Positions 9,542-19,559 of a stretch of 64,000 nt of DNA are shown piece by piece; within the stretch, counting starts at the first letter, position 1; each line of letters begins with the position of its first letter. The notes under the pieces are model-generated. The model was not told where the DNA came from. It searched no databases and worked only from the letters and a program-made list of their open reading frames with translations. Origin of the DNA: Desulfurivibrionaceae bacterium (lineage in GTDB: Bacteria; Desulfobacterota; Desulfobulbia; Desulfobulbales; SURF-16); the NCBI GenBank assembly GCA_046537975.1, contig JBKHJR010000002.1, positions 35,695 to 99,694 of the forward strand. Reading direction: 5' to 3'. The position numbers were made by a program, and so were the translations under genes.

Positions 9542-10153
9542 CTACCGGATATTCAGGCTGTCAAGATCACCGTCGCCTTCCCTGAGAACTTCGATTTTAT
9601 CTTCAATCATGGAAATGACCGTTGATTCCGAGGGGGGGATGGAACCGCCGTCTATAATCAAGTCCACCATATTGCCAAACCTCTCCTCAACCTCCCAGGC
9701 GTCGGTGACCCGGTCCTCCTTGTCCATCAGGGCACTGGTGTTTAAGATCGGATTCCCCAGTTCCTTAACCAGCTGATGGCAGATTTCATTGTCCGGTACC
9801 CTTATTCCCACGGTTTTCTGTTTGGACATCATTATCCTGGGCACCACTTTCATGGCCGGTAAAACAAAGGTGTACGGGCCGGGCAGGGCCTTTTTCATCA
9901 CCCGGTAACCGGTGTTGGATAAATTGCAGTAGAGGCTCACATGCTTCAAGTCGGAGCAGATAAAACTGAAGGGCTTGTCCTTGGGCCTGTTCTTGAGCTG
10001 GTAAACCCTTTTAACCGCCTTCTGATTATAGATGTCGCAGCCGATACCATAGACAGTATCAGTGGGATAGCAGATAATTCCCCCTTTTTTCAGGGCCTCG
10101 GCCGCCTGTTTTATCAATCTCGGCTGGGGATTTTCAGGATGAATATAAAGCAT
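9542..10153 (-). CDS. yciO: Sua5/YciO/YrdC family protein, YciO-like
   Basis: 203 aa. The N-terminus YIHPENPQPRLIKQAAEALKKGGIICYPTDTVYGIGCD closely parallels E. coli YciO as I recall it. Confidence 0.75.
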   Translation of the reverse strand: MLYIHPENPQPRLIKQAAEALKKGGIICYPTDTVYGIGCDIYNQKAVKRVYQLKNRPKDKPFSFICSDLKHVSLYCNLSNTGYRVMKKALPGPYTFVLPAMKVVPRIMMSKQKTVGIRVPDNEICHQLVKELGNPILNTSALMDKEDRVTDAWEVEERFGNMVDLIIDGGSIPPSESTVISMIEDKIEVLREGDGDLDSLNIR

Positions 10154-10211
10154 GAATTTTAGGTTTATTGAAGAACGTTTTCTGACTTAATTTTAATATT
10201 AACAGTGTCAT

Positions 10212-10760
10212 ATGAACGAGGCAATATATCTTGTACGGCATGGCCGGACCCAGGCCAACAAGGATAACCGTTTCGCCGGCCGGACGGAAGAGCCCCTTCA
10301 CCCTGAAGGAGCCCGGGAGATAGCCGGGGTCGCAGAGAAGGCGGGGCTGCTGGACCTGGATCTTATCTGTAGCGGTCCTTCCCTCCGGACCCGGCAGTCG
10401 GCCGAGATTATAGCCGAAAGCTGCGGACTGGACTACCGGGTGGAAACGGGCCTCCATGATATCGATCTCCCTCACTGGGACGGGTTGACCAAGGAGGAAA
10501 TCCGGGTAAAATGGGGACCGGAGTATCCCACCTGGCTGGAGTCCCCGGAGGCATTCAGGCCCGGACAGGGTGAAACCCTTTTTGATGTCCGGGATCGGGC
10601 GGCCGGAACCCTGCAGGAATTAAGGGGAAGCGGCAGAAGGGTGCTGCTGGTGACCCACCTGATAGTAGCCCGCTGTCTGCTCATCCATGTCGGGAACCGG
10701 CCGCTTGCCGATTTCCGTACGGTCAAAATGGGCAACGGCGAGATCATCCGCCTCTGTTAG
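10212..10760 (+). CDS. Histidine phosphatase family protein (phosphoglycerate-mutase-like)
   Basis: 182 aa. It has the catalytic RHG motif LVRHGRTQAN and a later H in VTHLIV. Confidence 0.8.
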   Translation: MNEAIYLVRHGRTQANKDNRFAGRTEEPLHPEGAREIAGVAEKAGLLDLDLICSGPSLRTRQSAEIIAESCGLDYRVETGLHDIDLPHWDGLTKEEIRVKWGPEYPTWLESPEAFRPGQGETLFDVRDRAAGTLQELRGSGRRVLLVTHLIVARCLLIHVGNRPLADFRTVKMGNGEIIRLC

Positions 10761-10794
10761 CCCCCAGCCTGATACAGGTAATCAAGACCTCCTC

Positions 10795-11985
10795 TCATCC
10801 GGCAGCCGAAGCCGCCTCCATGGCCCTGGCAAACCCCGGGGTCGCCCTGTCAATGATTTTGTCCTCCACGCAGAAGGAGAGGCGGAAGTAGCCGGGAGTC
10901 CCGAAGCCCTGTCCGGGTACAGCCAGGATCTTTTCTTTTTTAAGCAGTTCTACGAATGCGGCGTCGTCTTTCAGGGGGGATTCCGGGAAAAAATAAAAGC
11001 CCCCTTTGGGCAGGACGAAATTATAACCGGCCTCTTCCAGGATGGCCCGGAATTTTTCCCTTCTATCGCTGTATATCCGGTTGTCCACACCCGCCCCCTG
11101 GACATCCGCCACCACCCGCTGCATCAGGGCCGGGGCATTGACAAAGCCGAGGATGCGGTTGGCCAGGTTCATCGCCCCGGCCAGCTCTTCTTTGTCCGTG
11201 ATCTCCGGATGTATGGCAAGATAGCCTATCCTCTCTCCGGCCAGGGACAGCTCTTTGGAATAGGAGGACACCACAATGGCGTTTTTACAGGCGGCCAGAG
11301 TCCCCGGGACTTTCAGGCCGTCAAAGACGATATTGCGGTAGGGTTCATCCGAGACCAGGTAAATGGTGCTTCCGTACTGCCTGCCCCTGTCGCTGAGGAT
11401 GCCGGCAAGCTCCTCCAGCTCCCGGGCGGAGTAGACCTGGCCGGTGGGGTTGTTGGGACTGTTTATGATGACTGCCCGGGTTTTGGCGGTGACCGCCTCC
11501 TCCAGGGCCTTCAGGTCCAGGCTGAAGTCTCCGGCTGTCCGGACAATTACCGGGACTCCGCCGTGATTGTCTATATAAAAGTTGTACTCCACGAAATAGG
11601 GAGAGAGGATGATCACCTCATCCCCGGGGTCAAGAATGGATTTTATGACCACATTCAGGGCCCCGGCAGCCCCGCAGGTCATAATAATGTCATTCCGGGA
11701 CAGTTCTACCCCCTGTTCACTGCCGACCTGGACCGCCACTTTTTCCCGGACGTAAGGATAGCCGCTGTTGGGCATGTAGCCGTGGATCCCGGGATCGCGG
11801 CGGGCCGCCTCCTTTTGCAGGGCCTCCTGAAGAAGGGGTGGAGGTGGCAGATCAGGATTGCCCAGGCTGAAGTCATGGACGTTTTCAGCGCCGTGCTCCT
11901 CCTTTAGCCGGGCCCCTTCTTCAAACATCCTGCGTATCCAGGATGAGCGCGCCATAAAGTCGCGCATCTTTGCAGCAACCGCCAT
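10795..11985 (-). CDS. PLP-dependent aminotransferase, class I/II (aspartate/alanine aminotransferase-like)
   Basis: 396 aa. It has NPNNPTG-type INSPNNPTG and the PLP-lysine motif SYSKELSLAGERIGY. Confidence 0.85.
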   Translation of the reverse strand: MAVAAKMRDFMARSSWIRRMFEEGARLKEEHGAENVHDFSLGNPDLPPPPLLQEALQKEAARRDPGIHGYMPNSGYPYVREKVAVQVGSEQGVELSRNDIIMTCGAAGALNVVIKSILDPGDEVIILSPYFVEYNFYIDNHGGVPVIVRTAGDFSLDLKALEEAVTAKTRAVIINSPNNPTGQVYSARELEELAGILSDRGRQYGSTIYLVSDEPYRNIVFDGLKVPGTLAACKNAIVVSSYSKELSLAGERIGYLAIHPEITDKEELAGAMNLANRILGFVNAPALMQRVVADVQGAGVDNRIYSDRREKFRAILEEAGYNFVLPKGGFYFFPESPLKDDAAFVELLKKEKILAVPGQGFGTPGYFRLSFCVEDKIIDRATPGFARAMEAASAAG

Positions 11986-12083
11986 ATTCCCTCCTTCCTG
12001 TTCCCGGCCCCCGACCTCGTCTTAGTCACCGGTTTTAGTTTATCAGCCTGATCTGTTTTCCATATGTTTGTTGGTATGTTTAT

Positions 12084-13937
12084 TCAGGAGCTTATGGCCC
12101 TTTCCAGGATCTTGTAGGTCCGGTCCACCATATCCCGGGGTTCCACCAAAAGACCGGCCTGGACCATGGCATTGTCATATATCTGCTCAACCACGCTTCT
12201 GGCAAACTCTTCATCCCTGGCCCGGAGATCGGCCAACCCCTTGATCAGGCTGTGACCGGTATTTATTTCCAGATTTTTGGCACTTATGGGATAATGTTCC
12301 CGGGTGGCATGCATGACCCTTTCCATACTGCTGGTAAACATGCCGTCCGGGTTGACGATCATGGCCGGGCTGGATTCCAGGCGGCTGGAGGCGGTGACAT
12401 CCTTCACTTTGCCGTCCAGAACCTCCTTCATCCATTTGGTCAGGGAATCAGCCACAGGCTGGTCCAGCTTCTCCTCTGCTTTTTCTTCTTCCGTTTCTTC
12501 CGTTTCGGGAAGTTCAAGATCGGAGCTGTCAGCAGAGACCAGTTTTTTGGAGTCGAATTCTCCCAGGTGGTTGAAAACAAAGTCATCAATGGGCTCCATG
12601 GTGTAAATGACTTCAACACCCTTTTTGCGGAAAGCCTCGAGATAAGGCCCTTTTTCAATGGCTTCCCGATTGGGACCGTTTATATAATAGATCTCGTTCT
12701 GTCCCTCTTGCATGCGTTCCACATAATCAGACAGGGAAATCAACTGGCCCGGTTCCGATTTGGAAGATTCGAAGCGGAGGAGGCCGGCGATCTTCTCCTG
12801 GTTAGTGTAGTCGGTGGTAGCCCCTTCTTTCAGGAAGATGCCGAAGGTGCGCCAGAACTGTTCGTATTTTTCCGGCTCTTTCTTGGCCTGTTCTTCCCAG
12901 AACTTGAGCAGCCGCTTGGTGATGATCTGGCGTAGTCTGGCAACCAGGGTGTTATCCTGGAGGGACTGGCGGGAGATATTCAGGGGGAGGTCTTCACTGT
13001 CTACCACTCCCTTAACAAAACGCAGCCAGTCCGGCAGAATGTTTTTGCTGTTTTGTTCAATCAGCACCCGCTTGCAGTACAGGCTGACCCCGGGGTTCAT
13101 CCGGCCGAATCCCATGCCTTCCATGTTTTCGGAGGGGATAAACAGCAGGGCCTTGATAGTCAGAGGGGCATCGGTACTGAAATGAAGATGACTCAGGGGC
13201 TCGTCAAAGGCATTGGCTATAAACTTGTAGAACTCGGTGTACTCTTCCTCGCTTATCTCTTTTTTATCCCGGGCCCACAGGGCCTGAACGGTATTTACGG
13301 TTTCACCGGTGACCTTGATGGGAAAGGAGACGAAATTGGAATACTCCTTGATTATCCTTTTGATGGTCTCTTCCTTGGCGTAGTCCTTGGCATCCTCTTT
13401 GAGCTCCAGGATGACCTTGGTTCCCCGGTGGAGGCCTTCAGCCGGGGCCAGGGTGTAACTGCCGCTGCCGTCGGAGGACCATTCGCAACCGTCGGCATCC
13501 GGCTTGTAGGAACGGGAAAGGACCCTGACCCTGTCCGCCACCATAAAGGCGGCATAAAACCCTACGCCGAACTGGCCGATAAGATTTAATTTGTCTTCGC
13601 CCCCTTCCTGCAGGCGCTCCAGGAAATTCTTGGAACCGGAATGGGCGATGGTTCCCAGCTGGCTTTCCAGCTCAGCCCGGGTCATGCCGATACCGGAGTC
13701 GGATATGGTCAGAGTGTTTTCATCTTCGTTGACGCTGATATTAATTTCCAGGGAGGCCTCGGGATCAAAGACTTCATCCTCGATAAGCTGCTGATGGCGG
13801 AATTTTTCCAGGGCATCCGCCGCATTGGAGATGAGTTCCCGGAGGAAAATATCCCTTTCCGTGTATAGGGAGTTAATTACAATATCCAGAAGTTGTTTCA
13901 CCTCTGCCTGAAATTCCCTTGTCTCTGTAGTTGCCAT
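12084..13937 (-). CDS. htpG: Molecular chaperone HtpG (Hsp90)
   Basis: 617 aa with the GHKL ATPase motifs ELISNAADALEK, DSGIGM and GQFGVGFYAAF. Confidence 0.95.
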   Translation of the reverse strand: MATTETREFQAEVKQLLDIVINSLYTERDIFLRELISNAADALEKFRHQQLIEDEVFDPEASLEINISVNEDENTLTISDSGIGMTRAELESQLGTIAHSGSKNFLERLQEGGEDKLNLIGQFGVGFYAAFMVADRVRVLSRSYKPDADGCEWSSDGSGSYTLAPAEGLHRGTKVILELKEDAKDYAKEETIKRIIKEYSNFVSFPIKVTGETVNTVQALWARDKKEISEEEYTEFYKFIANAFDEPLSHLHFSTDAPLTIKALLFIPSENMEGMGFGRMNPGVSLYCKRVLIEQNSKNILPDWLRFVKGVVDSEDLPLNISRQSLQDNTLVARLRQIITKRLLKFWEEQAKKEPEKYEQFWRTFGIFLKEGATTDYTNQEKIAGLLRFESSKSEPGQLISLSDYVERMQEGQNEIYYINGPNREAIEKGPYLEAFRKKGVEVIYTMEPIDDFVFNHLGEFDSKKLVSADSSDLELPETEETEEEKAEEKLDQPVADSLTKWMKEVLDGKVKDVTASSRLESSPAMIVNPDGMFTSSMERVMHATREHYPISAKNLEINTGHSLIKGLADLRARDEEFARSVVEQIYDNAMVQAGLLVEPRDMVDRTYKILERAISS

Positions 13938-14223
13938 CCTGTTCTCCTTTTCTGGTGGTTAAAAATTATGAAATTATTCGGGTATTATTCCGTTGTTATT
14001 AAAATGCTGACTAATAATATGACATTAAAAGAGGATGTGCTAAGGAAATGATACTTGTCCGCACTGAACTGTTCCAAATGTAAGATAAACATCAAAGCTG
14101 GTCTGTCAAGCAAGGTAAAGGTGGAGAGTGCAAGGTTTTAAGTTGCATTAGGGTCAGGGGGGTGGTATTTTTGACCTTTATTAATCGCTAAGTGAATAAT
14201 CCGAGCCTTAAATTCAGATAAAG

Positions 14224-15522
14224 ATGACTATTCGTGAAGACGCCTTAAACGGCAAGATAACCCCTATTTTTGAGGCCTGCGCCCGGAAGGAGGGAACCAC
14301 TCCGGAAAAAATCAGGGAAGGGGTGGCCTCCGGGGTGATCGCCATACCCAAGAACATACATCACAACTTTGACAATCTCATGGCGGTTGGGCAGGGCCTG
14401 ACCACCAAGGTCAATGCCAATATCGGGGCCTCCAGGGACATGCCGGAGCTGGAGCAGGAGATGGAGAAACTGTGCGCCTCTCTTAGAGCCGGAGCCGACA
14501 CGGTCATGGATCTTTCCATGGGAGAAAACCTGAACAGCATCCGGGGCAGGATTCTGCAATACTGCTCCGTGCCCCTGGGTACAGTTCCTGTTTACCAGAC
14601 CATATCCGAGGCCGTGGAAAAGGACGGCCGGCAGATCGGCGAAGTTACAGTAGATGAGATGCTCGCCACCATAAGGCAGCAGGCCGAAGACGGGGTGGAC
14701 TTTATGACTATCCACTGCGGCCTGACCAGGGACAGCCTGGATCGGGTCCGGAATCATCAGCGTCTCATGGGAGTGGTCAGCCGGGGGGGGTCCTTCACCA
14801 TTGAGTGGATGCGCTTTAATAACAGGGAAAACCCCTTTTATGAATACTACGACGATATCCTGGCCATCCTCAGGGAGCATGAGGTGACCATCAGCCTGGG
14901 GGACGGCCTGAGACCGGGCTGCCTGGCCGATGCCACCGACCGGGGCCAGGTCCAGGAGCTTATCCATCTGGGGGAGCTGACCCAGCGGGCCTGGGAGGCC
15001 GGGGTCCAGGTTATAATCGAGGGACCGGGCCACATGCCCATGGACCAGATTCAGGCCAATATCCTTTTGCAGAAACGGCTGTGCCACGGGGCTCCTTTTT
15101 ACGTACTCGGTCCCCTGGTTACGGATATCGCCCCCGGCTATGATCATATAACCGGAGCCATCGGCGGAGCTATTGCCGCCGGAGCCGGGGCTGACTTCCT
15201 CTGTTACGTCACTCCGGCTGAACATCTGAAACTGCCTTCCTCCGATGATGTCCGGGAAGGAGTTATCGCCTCCCGGATTGCCGCCCATGCCGCTGATATA
15301 AGCAAGGGCATCCCCGGGGCCATGGCCAGGGACGAGGAAATGGCCAGGCGGCGCAACAGGCTGGACTGGAAGGGACAGATCGAAATGTCCCTGGATCCGG
15401 ACAAGGCCTGGCAGTACAGGGAGGAAGGCGGTACCTACAAGGGGGATGCCTGCTCCATGTGTGGTTCCTACTGCGCTCTGAAAATTTATCGTAGAGCCAC
15501 TTCAGGAGATGCCGAGGAATAG
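14224..15522 (+). CDS. thiC: Phosphomethylpyrimidine synthase ThiC (short anaerobe-type; a BzaA/BzaF-like paralog cannot be excluded)
   Basis: 432 aa with VNANIG, HGAPFYVLGPLVTDIAPGYDHI and the C-terminal cluster CSMCGSYCA. Confidence 0.8.
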   Translation: MTIREDALNGKITPIFEACARKEGTTPEKIREGVASGVIAIPKNIHHNFDNLMAVGQGLTTKVNANIGASRDMPELEQEMEKLCASLRAGADTVMDLSMGENLNSIRGRILQYCSVPLGTVPVYQTISEAVEKDGRQIGEVTVDEMLATIRQQAEDGVDFMTIHCGLTRDSLDRVRNHQRLMGVVSRGGSFTIEWMRFNNRENPFYEYYDDILAILREHEVTISLGDGLRPGCLADATDRGQVQELIHLGELTQRAWEAGVQVIIEGPGHMPMDQIQANILLQKRLCHGAPFYVLGPLVTDIAPGYDHITGAIGGAIAAGAGADFLCYVTPAEHLKLPSSDDVREGVIASRIAAHAADISKGIPGAMARDEEMARRRNRLDWKGQIEMSLDPDKAWQYREEGGTYKGDACSMCGSYCALKIYRRATSGDAEE

Positions 15523-15529
15523 TTGAGCC

Positions 15530-15862
15530 ATGTCTGATATCCTGACCCCGATCGTCGAAATCATCAACAACACCAATGTCCTTCAACAGATCCGGGAGGT
15601 TCGGCCCGGAGCTCTGTTTACCAATGTCTATTTTCTGATACCGTTTGCCGCTCTAATGCTCTGGTGGCTTTACCGCCTGGCAGTGAAAAACTTTATCCTT
15701 ACCGGTCTTGTCCTTGGGCTCTGGCTCTTTTCCGGCAGCAGTTACACCCGTAATTTCATTATAGGTGATGAACTGCAGCTGGATAAGGTTCTGCCTGTGG
15801 CCGGGGTCGGAGTAGTGGCGGTTGCCGTCATAGTCTATATACTGTTTATCCGTTCGGATTAA
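15530..15862 (+). CDS. Small integral membrane protein, function unknown
   Basis: 110 aa with three hydrophobic segments. It starts 8 nt after the thiC stop. Confidence 0.5.
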   Translation: MSDILTPIVEIINNTNVLQQIREVRPGALFTNVYFLIPFAALMLWWLYRLAVKNFILTGLVLGLWLFSGSSYTRNFIIGDELQLDKVLPVAGVGVVAVAVIVYILFIRSD

Positions 15863-15900
15863 AAATCACGACTTCAGACCTCCGGATTTTAAATTCACCA

Positions 15901-16566
15901 ATGGCCAGTCTTCAAGAGATCTATAACACCCTGTATGAATACTTCGGCCCCCAGCACTGGTGGCCCGGAGATTCCCCCCTGGAGATAATGGTCGGGGCGG
16001 TCCTCACCCAGAATACCAACTGGAAAAACGTGAGCCGGGCCATTGCCAACCTCAAGGAGGAAAACCTTCTTTCCCTCGCTGCCCTGGCGGCCCTTCCCGA
16101 GGAGGAGCTGGCGGCCAGAATTAGGCCGGCCGGCTACTATAACATCAAGGCGGGAAGACTGAAAAACCTGGTGCACCTGGTAAATGAAGAGTGCAACGGC
16201 TCCGAGAGCCTGAGCGATCTTCTGGATCAGGATAAGGAGAGCCTGCAGGAAAAATTTCTGGCAGTCAAGGGAGTGGGCCGGGAAACCGCGGATTCCATTA
16301 TCCTTTACGCCGCAGAAAAACCGGTGTTTGTGGTGGATGCCTATACCTACCGGATACTGGTCCGCCACGCCCTTATCCCGGAAGAGGCCGGTTACGGGGA
16401 GATCCAGGAACTTTTCCATGACCACCTGGAAGAGGATGTCTCTCTTTTCAACGAGTATCACGCCCTTCTGGTCCGCCTGGGCAAGACTTTCTGCAAGAAG
16501 CAGAAGCCCCTCTGCTCCTCCTGCCCCCTGGGCAATCATGAGCCCCTGCTGGAAGAATACCTGTGA
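15901..16566 (+). CDS. Endonuclease III-like HhH-GPD domain protein
   Basis: 221 aa. The helix-hairpin-helix LAVKGVGRETADSIILYA is followed by a conserved Asp. The C-terminal CX6CX2C has only three Cys (expected fourth position is not Cys). Confidence 0.75.
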   Translation: MASLQEIYNTLYEYFGPQHWWPGDSPLEIMVGAVLTQNTNWKNVSRAIANLKEENLLSLAALAALPEEELAARIRPAGYYNIKAGRLKNLVHLVNEECNGSESLSDLLDQDKESLQEKFLAVKGVGRETADSIILYAAEKPVFVVDAYTYRILVRHALIPEEAGYGEIQELFHDHLEEDVSLFNEYHALLVRLGKTFCKKQKPLCSSCPLGNHEPLLEEYL

Positions 16567-16575
16567 AATGTTGCC

Positions 16576-17688
16576 ATGACCGATCTCTACAGCCTCTGGA
16601 CCAGACAGCTTTTAAGGGAGTTTGACGAGATTTGCGGGGCCTATGCCCTTAATTTGCCCCCTCCCGCCTTTGAGATCAGCCGTTCCCAGAGGGTCTACGG
16701 CAGCGGGCATCCCGACAGCAGAACCATAAAGATCAGCGACCACCTGATCAGGAACTTTTCCTGGGACAAGACCCTCCAGGTCCTGAAACATGAAATGGCC
16801 CACCAGGTCTGCTCCGAAGTCTTCGGCAACAACGACTCCTCCCACGGCCCCGCCTTTCAGAAGGCCTGCGACCTGCTCAGGCTTGAGCCGATTTTCCGCA
16901 GAAGCAACAGTGACCTGGCCGGGGAAGTGGAATCCCCGGAGGAAGGAACAGAGACCACCAGGGCAGGGCGCAGGTTTATCGCCAAGGTGGAAAAGCTTTT
17001 ATCCCTGGCCCGGTCAGCCAACGAGAATGAAGCAGCCCTGGCCATGGAGAAGGCCGGGGCCCTGATGGAGAAGTATAATCTTCGGGACTTATCTGCAGAG
17101 GGAGGGGGTTACACCTGCACCATCATCAACAGCCGCCGCAAGAGGCTGGAAGGCTACCAGCGCCGGATCTGCACCATCCTGCAGGAGTACTTTTATGTAA
17201 AGGTGGTTCTCTCCCGGCTCTATGATCCGGAAAAGGATCAGTATCACAAGACCATGGAGCTTCTGGGGCGTCAGGAAAATGTGGAAATCGCCGGATATTG
17301 TTATTATTTTTTGGAGAACCGACTGCCCATGCTCTGGAAACAGCACCGGAAGACCAGCCGGGATAAAGGAATCAGGGCCCGCAACAGCTACTATTACGGC
17401 CTGCTGGAGGGCTTCCGCGATAAGCTTAGAAAGCAGGAAGAAAACCGCAGATCAGGCCCGGCAAAGAAAGAATCCTCCATCCGGACCAGGAGCATTGTCT
17501 GCCTGGAAAACGATCCCGGCCTGCAGGAATTCCTGCGGCAGCGTTATCCCGGATTGGCCAAAGGACGAAAGACCACCTCCCGGGTGGACAGCGGTATTTT
17601 TGCGGCAGGCAGGGAAAAGGGCGGGACAATCGTTTTTCACAAGGGAGTCACAGACAAGCAGGGCGATAATGGCAGGCTCCTTGAATAA
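16576..17688 (+). CDS. SprT-like zinc metalloprotease domain fused to a DUF2786-like helical domain
   Basis: 370 aa. HExxH motif (LKHEMAHQV) sits in an SprT-like context. KVEKLLSLARSANENEAALAMEKAGALMEKYNL matches my recollection of DUF2786. Confidence 0.6.
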   Translation: MTDLYSLWTRQLLREFDEICGAYALNLPPPAFEISRSQRVYGSGHPDSRTIKISDHLIRNFSWDKTLQVLKHEMAHQVCSEVFGNNDSSHGPAFQKACDLLRLEPIFRRSNSDLAGEVESPEEGTETTRAGRRFIAKVEKLLSLARSANENEAALAMEKAGALMEKYNLRDLSAEGGGYTCTIINSRRKRLEGYQRRICTILQEYFYVKVVLSRLYDPEKDQYHKTMELLGRQENVEIAGYCYYFLENRLPMLWKQHRKTSRDKGIRARNSYYYGLLEGFRDKLRKQEENRRSGPAKKESSIRTRSIVCLENDPGLQEFLRQRYPGLAKGRKTTSRVDSGIFAAGREKGGTIVFHKGVTDKQGDNGRLLE

Positions 17689-17718
17689 GAGATAATATCA
17701 AGTTATCTTAAACATAAC

Positions 17719-17807
<89 letters not shown>

Positions 17808-17836
17808 TATTTGGTTCGGGAAAGTTGCCGGCAAAT

Positions 17837-19354
17837 TTACTTCCGGTATATCAAGACCTGGTCTCCCTTATCATTGGCAAACCGTTGCAGGGGCTTTTCT
17901 CCCAGTTGTCCGATTACCTTCTTTTCGGAGAGCTCACTGCGATGGTCCACCCATAAGGCCAGATAATCATAATCTCTCTTATTCCATTTTTTCAATCTAT
18001 CCGCTGTAATCATCGTTTTGGACCCCTTTTTTAAGTTACCACTGTAAAAACTTACCCTGACATTGTTGGTAAAAATCCGGGCATCTTCGGCGGTATTCCG
18101 CTGCAGCCAATTGCCGGCATCTTTCAGGTATTTTTTCGAAACATGTCCGCAGTCATTGATCAGGGCCTCCCCGCTGTTGGCGAAAAGCAGCAGAACAACC
18201 GCATAATAGACCACCTTTCTGGGCCAGGACTGCTGCCTGCCCCCATTTTGCCGCCAGCTGTCATACAAGGCTGAAAGGGTAAAACCAAGAACAAGCAGCA
18301 GGATAAGGACGAGAGGGATGACAAAACGTTCAATAAAGAAATAGCGGTTAATAACAGCTACGGCGATAATCAAGAGGTTTAAAAACACTACCCAGAGCAG
18401 TACCGGCTTTGCCAAAGACTGCAGCCGGGATAAACTCTCCCCCGGCCTCCAGCAGAGAAGAAGGGTATAAACCGGGGTCAGGGCCTTTATTAAAGCAATT
18501 AGGCAAATAAGGACAGGGATAAGCAGGGCCACCCAGATTGCCGCATCAGCCGAATACTTATTTAACAGTCTGTCTTCAATAATTGCGGCATGTTCTGCAA
18601 TTCCCTCCGAGATGGTGGCCCAGAACTGTTGGATAGATGACAAGGGTTCTGAGAGGCGGCTTTCGGCCAGCCACCCCATATCCAGCCCGGTCAGATAAAG
18701 CACCAGTAGGCCGAGACAGCATGTTAGGGTCAAAAGGTGGGCGGTCAGAAAATGTTTTAGTTTTGCTTTCCCTCCCCATCCCTGGTGGAAAAGTAGAATC
18801 AAGGGCAGCAGGAGCAGAAAAACCAGGCCCTCAATCCGGAACAGGGTGGCGATGATTATGCTCAGGTTCCAGCCCCAGGCATATGATGGCCGCGGCGACC
18901 TGTAAAAACGGCTGAAACAGAGAATGGCCAACAGGTAAAAGGACCAGTAACCATGACCCCTGATCACCATGGATCTGGTTTCGTTTAGTTCGGAAAAAAA
19001 GACAATGACAAAGGCGGCAATAACAAAGGGTACGGTTTTGTCCCGGTCCAGCTCGTGGATCATGCTTATAAAAACATAGGTAAGCAGGGCCGCGCAACAA
19101 GCGGTTATTAAATGAGCCGAAGCCTCAAGCCCAAGGGAAGTGACCTTGCTGACCCCGGCAATAACCAGGGAATAAAAAGGCCAGCGGTAAAGATCGAAAC
19201 CCCGGGACCAGTTTCCCTGGAGAAACTGGTCAGCTACCTGCATATAAAGGATGCCATCCAGGTTGATGACCGGGTCTAAAAAAATAATCCAGTAACACAG
19301 GGCAAAACTGATCAGGGAGGCCAGGATCTTTAAATGGTTGTCGGTCAGGGTCAT
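17837..19354 (-). CDS. Polytopic GT-C type glycosyltransferase (family 39/83, ArnT/PMT-like), start uncertain
   Basis: More than 10 predicted TM segments, the first-loop motif NLDGILYMQVADQFLQGNW, and a soluble C-terminal domain. The track ORF extends to a TTG at 19429; I prefer the ATG at 19354. Confidence 0.55.
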   Translation of the reverse strand: MTLTDNHLKILASLISFALCYWIIFLDPVINLDGILYMQVADQFLQGNWSRGFDLYRWPFYSLVIAGVSKVTSLGLEASAHLITACCAALLTYVFISMIHELDRDKTVPFVIAAFVIVFFSELNETRSMVIRGHGYWSFYLLAILCFSRFYRSPRPSYAWGWNLSIIIATLFRIEGLVFLLLLPLILLFHQGWGGKAKLKHFLTAHLLTLTCCLGLLVLYLTGLDMGWLAESRLSEPLSSIQQFWATISEGIAEHAAIIEDRLLNKYSADAAIWVALLIPVLICLIALIKALTPVYTLLLCWRPGESLSRLQSLAKPVLLWVVFLNLLIIAVAVINRYFFIERFVIPLVLILLLVLGFTLSALYDSWRQNGGRQQSWPRKVVYYAVVLLLFANSGEALINDCGHVSKKYLKDAGNWLQRNTAEDARIFTNNVRVSFYSGNLKKGSKTMITADRLKKWNKRDYDYLALWVDHRSELSEKKVIGQLGEKPLQRFANDKGDQVLIYRK

Positions 19355-19483
19355 CTTAAAACCTGATTGCTTGAAATTAATTAAAGGCACTTTTCCTTTT
19401 ATTAAGTTTGATAATCGCCAAAAAAGCAAACCAAAAGGAGAAAAAGCTGCGGTCTCTGGTGGATGGTGACAATTCTGGAAATC

Positions 19484-19525
19484 AGTAACAAAAGGCCATT
19501 AAAAAATAAATGTCCTTTTGTTACT
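19484..19525 (-). terminator. Hairpin downstream of the outer-membrane protein gene (possible terminator)
   Basis: 12-bp perfect stem AGTAACAAAAGG / CCTTTTGTTACT with an A/T-rich loop. The U-tract on the minus strand is weak. Confidence 0.4.
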
Positions 19526-19559
19526 TCTTACATAAGAAGGGCAAGGTCAAGCCCGGTTT

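Noticed and set aside
13938-14223. Expected TPP riboswitch upstream of thiC.
   Set aside because: I could not find the conserved CUGAGA and ACCUGAUCUGGAUAAUGCCAGCG elements on the thiC strand, so I do not annotate a riboswitch. It is reported only as an absence to be verified with a covariance model.
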